Shown: positions 11,332 to 19,865, numbered from the stretch's first letter. The stretch is DNA of 64,000 bases from Candidatus Moranbacteria bacterium GW2011_GWE2_35_2- (GCA_000990585.1 LBQD01000004.1:41707-105706); one strand, 5' to 3'. The notes: generated from the letters alone by a model not told the origin. A program made the numbers and translations.

Positions 11332-12399
11332 TTGATAAAATTTATGAATTTTTATCAAAAATTATCCGCATTGAATATTTTGGGTAGTACTGGAAATGAG
11401 TATCTTCATTTTTTGCTGGTTTTTGTTTTGTGGATAGCGGTGTTTAAATTATTTCAAGTTCTTGTGATGAACCGGTTACAGCAGTTTTCAGACAGAACAA
11501 AAACCGATTTGGATAATTTCATTTTAAGCGTGGTAAAAAGTATCAAACCTCCGTTTTACTTCATAATCGCATTGTATGTGTCTTTTAATGTTCTGGTTTT
11601 TTCGGCTAATATAGAAGGGATTATAAAATACATAGTTTTTGCCGTAATCGCTATTCAAGTGGTTTTGATTTTGCAAAAAGTGGTGGATTATGTGACAATC
11701 AGGATTGCTAAAAAAGCGGAAGCTGATGGCGGAGGAAAAGAAGCGATTTACTTGGGGGGAAAAATAGTTAATGTAGCTTTATGGGTGGTTGCAATTTTAA
11801 TGGTTCTTTCCAATTTGGGATTCAACGTTTCATCTGTTCTTGCCGGTTTGGGAATTGGAGGTATTGCAGTGGCTCTTGCCGCGCAGAATGTTTTGGGGGA
11901 TATTTTTTCTTCTTTTTCCATCGTTATCGACAAGCCTTTTAAGGTCGGAGATTTTGTTTCGATCGGAACAGAAAAAGGGACGGTGAAAAAAATCGGCATT
12001 AAGACGACACGACTAAAAACATTGCAAGGAGAAGAATTGGTAATTTCCAACAAGGACTTGACCAATGCCAGGGTCCAGAATTTCAAAAGATTAAAGCGAA
12101 GGAGAGTATCGTTTAATTTGGGAATAGTATATGGGACGAAAATAGAGAAGCTGAAAAAAATTCCGGAAATTATCAAGGGGATAATTGAGAAAGAAGAGTT
12201 GGCATCTTTTGGGCGGGTACATTTTCGGGATTACGGGGATTTCAGTTTAATTTTCAAAATTATTTATTATGTTGAGTCCGGAGATTTCAAGGATTATATG
12301 AATGTGAGGCAAAATATTAATTTGGCTGTTTATGAGGCTTTCGAAAAAGAGGGAATCGATTTTGCTTATCCAACACAAACTATAATGGTGAGCAAATAA
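11332..12399 (+). CDS. Mechanosensitive ion channel, MscS family
   Basis: TM region followed by PFKVGDFVSIGTEKGTVKKIGIKTTRLKTLQGEELVISNKDLTNARVQNF, the MscS beta-domain signature. Confidence 0.85.
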   Translation: MIKFMNFYQKLSALNILGSTGNEYLHFLLVFVLWIAVFKLFQVLVMNRLQQFSDRTKTDLDNFILSVVKSIKPPFYFIIALYVSFNVLVFSANIEGIIKYIVFAVIAIQVVLILQKVVDYVTIRIAKKAEADGGGKEAIYLGGKIVNVALWVVAILMVLSNLGFNVSSVLAGLGIGGIAVALAAQNVLGDIFSSFSIVIDKPFKVGDFVSIGTEKGTVKKIGIKTTRLKTLQGEELVISNKDLTNARVQNFKRLKRRRVSFNLGIVYGTKIEKLKKIPEIIKGIIEKEELASFGRVHFRDYGDFSLIFKIIYYVESGDFKDYMNVRQNINLAVYEAFEKEGIDFAYPTQTIMVSK

Positions 12400-12425
12400 T
12401 TGTTGGTTTTGGATAGTGGAATTAT

Positions 12426-13244
12426 ATGGAGAGAAAAACATTAATATTTTTAATTATAATAATTCTTCCTGCTATTTTTGTGGCGGGATTTTTGTTGTTT
12501 TCGACGAATTATGAAATTTTTGCAAATATGCGAAATGCAAACAGGGGAAAGGTTGTGATTGAAAATGTCAATGAATTTATAAATTCAAATACAAACATAC
12601 AAGCAGAAGGGAATATAGAGAAGATTGAGAATATGAATTTGGGAAGTGATGTTATTGACGGCACGGAGAGTATTGTTGAGAAAGTTGATGAAGTTGATTC
12701 TCTTGCTACGGACATTAAAGATGAAAGTGCAAAAGTTGATGCGGATATAGAAATTGAAAAAGAGGCGGAGAAAAAAACAATTGAGATAAAAATAATTAGG
12801 AATATTATTTCTTGGGGATATGAAAAAAAATCCAGCCGGAATATTGATACAATTATTATTCATTCTTCCTATGACGCACTGGGAAGCGAGCCATATAATG
12901 TGCGCGGACTTATTGAAGAATACAGGCAGTATGAAGTGGCACCGCATTATTTGATTGATCGGGAAGGTGGAATTTATCAGTTAGTGGAAGATAAAAATGT
13001 GGCTTATCACGCCGGGCAGTCGCAAGTTCCTGACGGTCGGACAGGAGTGAATGATTTTTCTTTGGGGATTGAGCTGATGAATACAAAAAAAGAAAAGTAT
13101 ACCGCGGAGCAATATGGCGCATTGAATGAAATTCTTGATTATTTGAAGGGAAAGTATAAAATAAAATACGTCTTGGGGCATAATCAAATTTCTCCGGGAA
13201 GAAAAGATGATCCATGGAATTTTGATTGGAATAAGGTTGATTAA
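12426..13244 (+). CDS. N-acetylmuramoyl-L-alanine amidase (amidase_2/PGRP fold) with N-terminal TM anchor
   Basis: IDTIIIHSSYD..., VAYHAGQS..., DFSLGIELMN, VLGHNQISPGRKDDPWNF match amidase_2/AmpD-type motifs. Confidence 0.8.
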   Translation: MERKTLIFLIIIILPAIFVAGFLLFSTNYEIFANMRNANRGKVVIENVNEFINSNTNIQAEGNIEKIENMNLGSDVIDGTESIVEKVDEVDSLATDIKDESAKVDADIEIEKEAEKKTIEIKIIRNIISWGYEKKSSRNIDTIIIHSSYDALGSEPYNVRGLIEEYRQYEVAPHYLIDREGGIYQLVEDKNVAYHAGQSQVPDGRTGVNDFSLGIELMNTKKEKYTAEQYGALNEILDYLKGKYKIKYVLGHNQISPGRKDDPWNFDWNKVD

Positions 13245-13276
13245 TTTTTTTAGTTATTATTCCTACATTTTCCCTT

Positions 13277-13322
13277 GTCATTCCCGCGCTTTGTCCGTCT
13301 TTGAAGGAGAGGCGGGAATCCA
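13277..13322. repeat. GC-rich palindromic element, copy 1 (GTCATTCCCGCG..GAGGCGGGAATCCA with 20-bp insert in loop)
   Basis: Arms ATTCCCGC/GCGGGAAT; same arms as element at 63739-63764. Confidence 0.7.
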
Positions 13323-13333
13323 GAAAAAACAGT

Positions 13334-13606
13334 ATGCATATTTTAGAAATCAAAATTAAAGATAACAATATTTTTCTTGTCTTGAAAAAAAGCGGGGAGG
13401 TTTTGGATAATCTCAAATGGAAAGATGGAAGCAGTTTGAGCCGGGATCTGCTTTCAAAAATCGACGGGATGCTTGCCAAAAACAGAATCAATTCGGAGGA
13501 TGTGAAACTGGAAGTTGCTTCGGATATGCCGGAAAATTTCACCACCCGCCGCATCGCCGAGGCAGTGGCGAATACCTGGAATTTTACTGTGGATAAGTTT
13601 GCTTGA
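13334..13606 (+). CDS. TsaB-like (YeaZ) N-terminal domain protein, short form
   Basis: MHILEIKIKDNNIFLVLKKSGEVL...SRDLLSKIDGMLAKNRINSEDVKLEVASDMPENFTTRRIAEAVANTWNF aligns position-by-position with the TsaB N-terminal ASKHA half (MRILAIDTSTE...GPGSFTGVRIG). Only about 91 aa, so truncated or minimal. Confidence 0.4.
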   Translation: MHILEIKIKDNNIFLVLKKSGEVLDNLKWKDGSSLSRDLLSKIDGMLAKNRINSEDVKLEVASDMPENFTTRRIAEAVANTWNFTVDKFA

Positions 13607-13881
13607 CTATAAAATCTCAGTTGAGATAATGAGAGTACAAAATAAAAAAAGAAAATTAGAAGGCTATGATCCGCGCAGAAAGCTAAAAATGGTTGCCCAT
13701 TATTGCGCGGGGAGTCAAATGGCAAAACCGATCTAATTTAATATGCAAAAATATTTTTTTTGCATATTAATGAAACTCGGTTTTTTGTTTTTTAACAATA
13801 AGTATTTATAAGTTTATTTATTATTTAAACGGTTGTTTAAATATTTAAAGGTCGAGGTGGAAACTTCCAAAGTTTCAAAAA

Positions 13882-13908
13882 TACTTATTTTTATAAAATA
13901 AGTATTGA
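13882..13908. promoter_or_regulatory. Perfect 27-bp palindrome AATACTTATTTT-TAT-AAAATAAGTATT about 30 bp upstream of the SipW/TasA-like operon
   Basis: Read directly from sequence; dyad symmetry typical of a dimeric repressor operator. A second perfect palindrome (ATATGCAAAAA-TATT-TTTTTGCATAT) lies at about 13741-13769. Confidence 0.4.
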
Positions 13909-13939
13909 AAATAATTTAAAAAGTAATAACAAAAAAATT

Positions 13940-14536
13940 ATGAAAAAAATATTTTTAAGTACGGCGATTATTTTTGCGGCGGTTGCGGTTGTAGTCGGTG
14001 CCACCGGAGCTCTTTTTTCCGATACTGAGGAAAGCAATGGCAATACTTTTACTGCCGGAAGCTTGGATTTGATTGTCAATGTTGATGGTAGCGAGATGAC
14101 TTCGCCGGTTTTCGATGAAGATAATTTGGTTCCAGGAAGTAATGGAGAAAAAACATTCGAAATAAGTTCCACGGGAGTCGTCGCTTGTGGAGTTGCGGAA
14201 GTGACACTTACCAGTGATGCTGATAATACTTGCACGGAACCTGAATCGGATGATGAAGAAAATTGCGGAACTGATGGTGATGGAGAATTGAATGATGAGA
14301 TGGTTTTCGGGATTTATGCCGCAGATGGAGTAACATCCCTTGCAAGCGGTCAATTTACCGGGGACGGGGAATATTCCCTGGGAGAATTGAATAATGGAAC
14401 ATATGTCATCAAATGGGAACTTCCGGAGGAAACCAACAATAGCGTTCAGACTGATTCATTTTCAGGAGATTTGAAAATTACCGCAACTCAAAAAACGGAT
14501 GAAGGTTGTGAGCCGATTGGTGAAATAGAAGATTAA
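13940..14536 (+). CDS. Secreted protein with SipW-cognate (TasA/camelysin-class) signal peptide
   Basis: N-terminus ...GATGALFSDTEESNGNTFTAGSLDL matches the TIGR04088-type SipW-cognate signal/cleavage region; acidic Cys-containing C-terminal half. Confidence 0.65.
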   Translation: MKKIFLSTAIIFAAVAVVVGATGALFSDTEESNGNTFTAGSLDLIVNVDGSEMTSPVFDEDNLVPGSNGEKTFEISSTGVVACGVAEVTLTSDADNTCTEPESDDEENCGTDGDGELNDEMVFGIYAADGVTSLASGQFTGDGEYSLGELNNGTYVIKWELPEETNNSVQTDSFSGDLKITATQKTDEGCEPIGEIED

Positions 14537-14592
14537 TTTCTATATTCTCTCAATTTTCAAGGAAAGAAGATGTCTGAGAATAGAAAATTATT

Positions 14593-15324
14593 ATGAAAAA
14601 GATACTGTTTAGCCTAGGAACAATCGGAGTGGCAAGTATCGTTTTGGTTGGCGGTACGATGTCTTTTTTTGGCGACACCGAAAAAAGCGTCGGCAATACT
14701 TTCAGCGCAAGCGCAATCGATTTAAAAGTGGACTATCAATGTTCCGGAGTTGATTGCTCGTTTTCCGAGCGCGATTTGGTGGATAACCGTCCGTTTTTTT
14801 CCGAATATAGCGTCATACCTGGCGACAGCCGGTCATCTGCCATTAGCTGGCACGTGTATAGCGATAATGCTTGGGGACGAATAAGTTTGTCCAGTCTTTA
14901 TGATTGGGAAAACTCTTGCGGTGAACCGGAAGAAAAAGAAGACTTAACCTGTGGAGATCCGGGAATGGGAGAAGGAGAGTTTGGAGAAAAACTCCTTTTT
15001 ACTTTTTGGATGGACGAAGGGGAGATTTCCGGTTGGCAATGTTCGACAAACATGCCGGCGTGTGCGTCCGATCCTGGCGAAGGAAATAAAATTATGGATG
15101 GCGCAGAAAGAGCGTTATTGGAAGACGTTTCAGCTAGTAATATTCATAATATAGGCTGGATTGTCTTGCCGGAAGAAATCGTCGCTTCTAGTACATATTA
15201 TTTGGGAATAAAATGGAGCCTGCCGGAAAATGAAGGAAATATTTTGCAAGGCGATTCCGTTTCGGGGAAAATAACAATGCAAGTGGTTCAATCGGAAGAT
15301 AATCCCGATAAAATATTTCCGTAA
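14593..15324 (+). CDS. Secreted protein with SipW-cognate (TasA/camelysin-class) signal peptide, paralog
   Basis: ...GGTMSFFGDTEKSVGNTFSASAIDLKV; acidic/Cys-rich loops (CGEPEEKEDLTCGDPGMGEGE). Confidence 0.65.
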   Translation: MKKILFSLGTIGVASIVLVGGTMSFFGDTEKSVGNTFSASAIDLKVDYQCSGVDCSFSERDLVDNRPFFSEYSVIPGDSRSSAISWHVYSDNAWGRISLSSLYDWENSCGEPEEKEDLTCGDPGMGEGEFGEKLLFTFWMDEGEISGWQCSTNMPACASDPGEGNKIMDGAERALLEDVSASNIHNIGWIVLPEEIVASSTYYLGIKWSLPENEGNILQGDSVSGKITMQVVQSEDNPDKIFP

Positions 15325-15394
15325 ACAAGTTTTTGAGTTTTTTGAAACTTTCTTCCCGATCTCTTGTGGGTCGGGGGATGAAGTTTTATATAGT

Positions 15395-15928
15395 ATGAAA
15401 ATATTTGAATTTATTTCTTATGTTTTTTTCGGAGCCGTTATAATAGTGGTTTTGTTTTTGGCGATGTCTGTTTTTCCGATTTTTGGATATTATCGAGTGA
15501 TGGTGGTACAGTCGGGATCGATGGAGCCTGCCGTCAAAACCGGAAGCATTGTGGCCGTTAAATCGGCGGGAAATTATAATGCTAATGATATTGTTAGTTT
15601 TGCGGACGCAAAAACGCCAAAAAAAACAATCACTCATCGCATCATTGAAATAAAAGAAAAAGATGGAGAAAAAAAATATGCAACCAAAGGAGATGCTAAT
15701 TCGGAACGTGATTTTAATGAAGTTGCACAGGAAAATATTATCGGGAAAGTTTTTTTGACGGTTCCGTATTTGGGATATGTTATTCATACTGCAAAACAAC
15801 CATATGGATTCGCGACATTGGTAGTCGTTCCCGCTCTGATTATTATTTTTGATGAATTTGGAAAAATAAAAAGTGAAATCGTGAGGATGAAAAAGTTGAA
15901 AAATGACACAAAAAAAGAAGATTTATGA
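15395..15928 (+). CDS. sipW: Signal peptidase I, SipW (archaeal/ER-type) family
   Basis: N-terminal TM, catalytic SGSMEP motif (VVQSGSMEPAVKTGS), GDAN motif (KGDANSERD), C-terminal TM; 177 aa as expected for SipW. Confidence 0.8.
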   Translation: MKIFEFISYVFFGAVIIVVLFLAMSVFPIFGYYRVMVVQSGSMEPAVKTGSIVAVKSAGNYNANDIVSFADAKTPKKTITHRIIEIKEKDGEKKYATKGDANSERDFNEVAQENIIGKVFLTVPYLGYVIHTAKQPYGFATLVVVPALIIIFDEFGKIKSEIVRMKKLKNDTKKEDL

Positions 15929-17028
15929 AGGTTTATTTTCACAAAATTTCAATTGTAGTATTGTTTATTTTGTTTGCTTTGTCTTCGGATACGCAGGCGT
16001 TTTTTGAAGATAGCGAAAAAACAAAAAAAAATTTGTTTAAGGCGGGGATGTTGGATATGAAAATCGACGGAGCTAATCCATTTGTTCAAAGAAATGTTGT
16101 GGAAGGTGATGAATTTTTTCAAGAATTTTATCTTAAGAATAAAGGAACAATCGATTTTGATTATAAAATTTTTACTGAAAACGTGTCGGGAGATTTGTGT
16201 GGACAATTGAATGTCAAGGCGAAAGCGGAAGGCGAAGAAATTTTTGATGGAAAATTGGAAGATTTTTCATATTCGGATAATTTGAAAGCGGGAAAAAATA
16301 TCAATTGGAAGTTGGAATTAAAAGTTGGAGACGGAGATTGGGAAGAAAAATGTAAATTCGATGTTTATTTCAACGCGTGGCAAAAAAATTTTTCTTTTAA
16401 GCAAGGATGGAATGATGCGGAGGAAATATCAGGAAATGAAATTGTTTTTATAGACGAACCAAAAAAGAGAGTGATTATCAATGAGGTGATGTGGATGGGT
16501 TCGACTGCTTCTTCTTCGGATGAATGGATTGAATTGCGAAATTTGTCCGATGAAAAAATCGATATTGGTGGTTGGGAAATTGAAAACGCTAGGTCAAGCG
16601 GTAGCAGTCTGAAAATTCCTGGTGGAAAGAGCATTGATTCTAACGGGTATTTTCTGATTTCTAATTATTCCGATGAAAGCGCGAATTCCGTACTTGCGGT
16701 TGAAGTTGATGAAGTTAATTCCAGTATTTCTTTGTCAAATTTCGGAAATGGAAATTTGGTATTGAAAAATGAGAAAGAAAATATAGAGGATGAAGTAATG
16801 GGCATCGAATGGTTTTTTGGAGAAAACGGAAATAATAAAAAATCAATGGAAAGAAATAATGAATATGGAAATGGATTAGAAGAAAAAAATTGGCATACTT
16901 GCGAAAGAGAGATTTGTGCCAGTGGATATTTTTGGGACAAGCCGGAAGAAAATTTCGGAACCCCCGGAGAAAAAAACAGCGATATATTCAAAATTCGCAT
17001 CGAAAAACCGCCAAGCACGAGAAGATAA
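15925..17028 (+). CDS. Secreted protein with SipW-cognate signal peptide and C-terminal Lamin-tail domain (LTD)
   Basis: N-terminus ...SSDTQAFFEDSEKTKKNLFKAGMLDM (SipW-cognate class); C-terminal INEVMWMGSTASSSDEWIELRNLSDEKIDIGGWEIEN is the LTD signature. 4-bp overlap (ATGA) with sipW indicates operon coupling. Confidence 0.65.
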   Translation: MKVYFHKISIVVLFILFALSSDTQAFFEDSEKTKKNLFKAGMLDMKIDGANPFVQRNVVEGDEFFQEFYLKNKGTIDFDYKIFTENVSGDLCGQLNVKAKAEGEEIFDGKLEDFSYSDNLKAGKNINWKLELKVGDGDWEEKCKFDVYFNAWQKNFSFKQGWNDAEEISGNEIVFIDEPKKRVIINEVMWMGSTASSSDEWIELRNLSDEKIDIGGWEIENARSSGSSLKIPGGKSIDSNGYFLISNYSDESANSVLAVEVDEVNSSISLSNFGNGNLVLKNEKENIEDEVMGIEWFFGENGNNKKSMERNNEYGNGLEEKNWHTCEREICASGYFWDKPEENFGTPGEKNSDIFKIRIEKPPSTRR

Positions 17029-17073
17029 TTTTTGAGGTTGCTTTAGGCTGAAGCTTGCGTTATATTACAGTAC

Positions 17074-18345
17074 ATGAATAACAATAAAAATTTGGAACTA
17101 CTCGCGCCGGCTGGGTCGGTGGAGAAAATGAAATATGCTTTTGCTTATGGGGCGGACGCGGTGTATGCCGGCGTGCCGGATTTTTCACTGCGCGCGCGAA
17201 TCAATGATTTCGATTGGAATTCCTTGAAAGAAGGTGTGGAATATGCTCACAAGTTGGGAAAGAAATTTTATGTGACACTCAATATTTATGCGCATAACAT
17301 TCATCTTGAAAAATTGGAAAAAGATTTGGACGAACTGAAAAAAGTCGGAGCGGACGCGGTGTTGATTAGTGATCCTGGAATTTTGGAGTTGGTGAAAGAA
17401 AAATTGCCGGAAATTGAAATCCATCTTTCCACTCAAGCCAACGCGACCAACTGGCGGGCGGTGAAATTTTGGGCAGATCAGGGAATTAGGAGAGTGGTTT
17501 TGGCGCGGGAAGTGACACTTGAAGAAATTCGGGAAATCAAAAAAGAAAATCCAAATGTTGAATTGGAATATTTTGTGCACGGGGCGATGTGTATGAGTTA
17601 TTCCGGACGCTGTATGCTTTCCAAATGGATGCGCGGGCGAAGCGCTAATTTGGGAGATTGTGTACAACCTTGTCGATGGGAATACAAGAAAATGAATGTC
17701 ATTGATCATCAGGGGGAGTTTGAGATGGAGGTGGAGGAGGACAAGCAGGGGACATATTTTTTCAACAGCAAAGATTTGAATTTGCTTTCTCATTTGAAAG
17801 AATTGGTGGATGCCGGCGTGGAATCATTCAAAATCGAAGGACGCAACAAAAGTGTGTATTATTTGGCGGTGGTCGTGCGGGCTTATTCGAGAATTATGAA
17901 GCATGAATCAAGAATTAAGAATGGGGAGGAGAAGAAGAAATACGAAGAGGTGTTGAAGGAGGAAATGGAAAATTTGAATTCGCTCTTTCATCGGGGATAT
18001 ACATCCGGATTTTTGCTGGGTAATGAGCCGGAGCATAATTTTGAAAATTCGCACAATGAATCAGAATGGGAGTTTGTCGGGGAAGTCATAAACCGATGCG
18101 AATCTACGAATAGTGCGAATAAACGAATAGTGGAAGTTAAGCCGCATAATGCGATTTATCTTGGCGATGAAATTGAGATTGTCGATCAAAAAGGAAATCA
18201 TCCGGCAAAATTGGAAAAGATCTTCAATGAAGAAATGCAAGAAGCCCTCTCCGCCCACGGCGGACAAGGAAAAAATTATTTCCTGCAAATTGACAAAAAA
18301 GACATCCAGCCATTTTCTTTAATTAGAAAGAAAATAAAAAAATAA
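17074..18345 (+). CDS. Peptidase U32 family protein (YhbU/YegQ-like; putative RNA hydroxylation enzyme)
   Basis: LELLAPAGSVEKMKYAFAYGADAVYAG...YVTLNIYAHN...GADAVLISDPG are the conserved U32 N-terminal motifs; Cys cluster CMSYSGRC. Confidence 0.85.
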   Translation: MNNNKNLELLAPAGSVEKMKYAFAYGADAVYAGVPDFSLRARINDFDWNSLKEGVEYAHKLGKKFYVTLNIYAHNIHLEKLEKDLDELKKVGADAVLISDPGILELVKEKLPEIEIHLSTQANATNWRAVKFWADQGIRRVVLAREVTLEEIREIKKENPNVELEYFVHGAMCMSYSGRCMLSKWMRGRSANLGDCVQPCRWEYKKMNVIDHQGEFEMEVEEDKQGTYFFNSKDLNLLSHLKELVDAGVESFKIEGRNKSVYYLAVVVRAYSRIMKHESRIKNGEEKKKYEEVLKEEMENLNSLFHRGYTSGFLLGNEPEHNFENSHNESEWEFVGEVINRCESTNSANKRIVEVKPHNAIYLGDEIEIVDQKGNHPAKLEKIFNEEMQEALSAHGGQGKNYFLQIDKKDIQPFSLIRKKIKK

Positions 18346-18388
18346 AAAAGTCAATTATGTTATAAATTATTATCGATACTACAGTTTG

Positions 18389-18411
18389 TTCACGATCGCG
18401 AGATTTTGTAG
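18389..18411. repeat. Left copy of perfect 23-bp inverted repeat TTCACGATCGCGAGATTTTGTAG flanking PaaX-like gene; overlaps -10 box TAGTATAAT
   Basis: Exact reverse complement at 19039-19061; each copy lies within a larger quasi-palindrome CTACAAAA-N17-TTTTGTAG. Confidence 0.85.
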
Positions 18412-18423
18412 TATAATTTCGGT

Positions 18424-19014
18424 ATGAGTAAAAATGATAAAAATATAGCAGAAAAAAGATTCGCTAAAAAAATTCTAGATAATTCAATAAGTGCCGGAGT
18501 TTGGATATTTTCAAATCTAGCTCTTTTTGGTGAAGCAACTATTGAAATATTTTTAAATCCTTCTTATTATAATGATCCTTTGGACGGATTTAGTGGAAGA
18601 GGAGTGATTGATTTTGAAAAACTTAAAAATAAAAAGTTTCAAGAAAAAACAATAAGACAAAGTATCCGTAGGTTGCAAAAACAAGGTTTTGTGAAAAAAG
18701 AAGGGAGTTCTTTTTTGTTGACTGAAAAAGGTCGTAATATTTTAGATTATGTTTTGAAAAGAAAAAAAGTTTTGGATAAAAAATGGGATAAGAAATACCG
18801 AGTGGTTATTTTTGATATTCCGGAAGATATGAGGAAGGATCGGGATTGGCTTCGAGGCGAACTTTACCTTTTAAATTACAAACAATTGCAAAAAAGTGTT
18901 TTTATGAGTAAATATCCTTTAACTTCGGATTTAATAAGAGAAATAAAAATGAGAAAAATCGGAAATTATGTTGATTATATGCTTGTGGAAAAAATATACA
19001 GTATAAAGGATTAG
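18424..19014 (+). CDS. PaaX-family-like transcriptional regulator (wHTH plus PaaX_C/Cas2-like C-terminal domain)
   Basis: C-terminal WDKKYRVVIFDIPEDMRKDRDWLRGELYLLNY...KSVFMS matches PaaX C-domain pattern (W.GrW.LV.f.vPE..R..RD.LR..L...GFg.L); N-terminal basic wHTH-like region. Confidence 0.55.
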   Translation: MSKNDKNIAEKRFAKKILDNSISAGVWIFSNLALFGEATIEIFLNPSYYNDPLDGFSGRGVIDFEKLKNKKFQEKTIRQSIRRLQKQGFVKKEGSSFLLTEKGRNILDYVLKRKKVLDKKWDKKYRVVIFDIPEDMRKDRDWLRGELYLLNYKQLQKSVFMSKYPLTSDLIREIKMRKIGNYVDYMLVEKIYSIKD

Positions 19015-19038
19015 TTGGAAGTGGTGATATTTGTTGTG

Positions 19039-19061
19039 CTACAAAATCTCGCGATCGTGAA
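19039..19061. repeat. Right copy of perfect 23-bp inverted repeat (CTACAAAATCTCGCGATCGTGAA)
   Basis: Reverse complement of 18389-18411. Confidence 0.85.
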
Positions 19062-19107
19062 TGTTTTGTAGTAAATATATTTTTTAGGATAAATGGAGAA
19101 AATAAAA

Positions 19108-19160
19108 AAAGCCTCACCCTTTGCGCGTTAAATTTGACGCATTTCGGATGAGGGTTTTTG
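19108..19160. terminator. Bidirectional rho-independent terminator between PaaX-like gene and convergent small ORF
   Basis: AAAAAAAGCCTCACCC...GGATGAGGGTTTTTGG hairpin flanked by A-run and T-run. Confidence 0.5.
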
Positions 19161-19181
19161 GTTAATAATATTAACCCGGCA

Positions 19182-19442
19182 TTAACCTGGCATTTTAATG
19201 GCTTCGAGAATTTTGGTTATGTTCGATTGTGAATCTTGAATTGAAAACTCATTAGTTCCTATTTTATTCCATTTTGTTTTTTTGGCTATGAATTCTACCA
19301 GATGATCCGGAGCTGACACGTAGCATATCGGATATTTTTCTCCAAGGAATGCTTCATAGAATTGCGCAGTAATAATATAATTTCCTGCAACAAGATCTTT
19401 CTTGGACATACTAGCAGCAATTTCATGATCAATGACCTTCAT
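19182..19442 (-). CDS. Small protein, paralog family member 1 (function unknown)
   Basis: 86 aa; aligns with 19462..19731 product (shared AP..V.F...KT.W..I..N.F.I.D....I.E motif). Confidence 0.5.
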   Translation of the reverse strand: MKVIDHEIAASMSKKDLVAGNYIITAQFYEAFLGEKYPICYVSAPDHLVEFIAKKTKWNKIGTNEFSIQDSQSNITKILEAIKMPG

Positions 19443-19461
19443 TTTTTTCTCCTTTTCTTGA

Positions 19462-19731
19462 TTATTGAATTTCCAGATTTTCTAATATTTCAATTACATT
19501 TTTCTCAATATCTGCGACTATGAAAAAATTGTTTTCTATTATTTCCCATCCGGTTTTTTCGGACACATGAAATACTATTTCCCTGGGAGCTACTATGTGA
19601 AAAAGAGTGTATGTGAATTTAGGAGGGAGCTCTTCTTGAAATTCTGAAACTATTGCAACGTTTCTTTTTGCAAGTTCTAACAGTTTCAAAAAAGACATTT
19701 TATTCGCTTCGTCATATGTAATAATCTTCAT
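19462..19731 (-). CDS. Small protein, paralog family member 2 (function unknown)
   Basis: 89 aa; HIVAPREIVFHVSEKTGWEIIENNFFIVADIE vs YVSAPDHLVEFIAKKTKWNKIGTNEFSIQDSQ in member 1. Confidence 0.5.
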   Translation of the reverse strand: MKIITYDEANKMSFLKLLELAKRNVAIVSEFQEELPPKFTYTLFHIVAPREIVFHVSEKTGWEIIENNFFIVADIEKNVIEILENLEIQ

Positions 19732-19829
19732 TGTATTTCCTCCGAGGTTATGTTTGTAAAATAGCTATGAGATATCAATAATATGATATCAAAAAATGTT
19801 AGCACGAGAAAAGAAGAAAGTCAATCGAT

Positions 19830-19858
19830 TTGACCGGAAGGATTAAATTTTATATACT
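19830..19858 (+). promoter_or_regulatory. Sigma70-like promoter TTGACC-17-TATACT driving the T-box-like RNA
   Basis: TTGACC at 19830-19835, 17-nt spacer, TATACT at 19853-19858. Confidence 0.45.
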
Positions 19859-19865
19859 AAAAACA

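Noticed and set aside
12910-13725. 271-aa minus-strand ORF overlapping the amidase gene and the TsaB-like gene
   Set aside because: Low-complexity, F/L/S-rich translation antisense to two well-supported plus-strand genes and to a palindromic repeat; no RBS; classic antisense artefact in an AT-rich genome.
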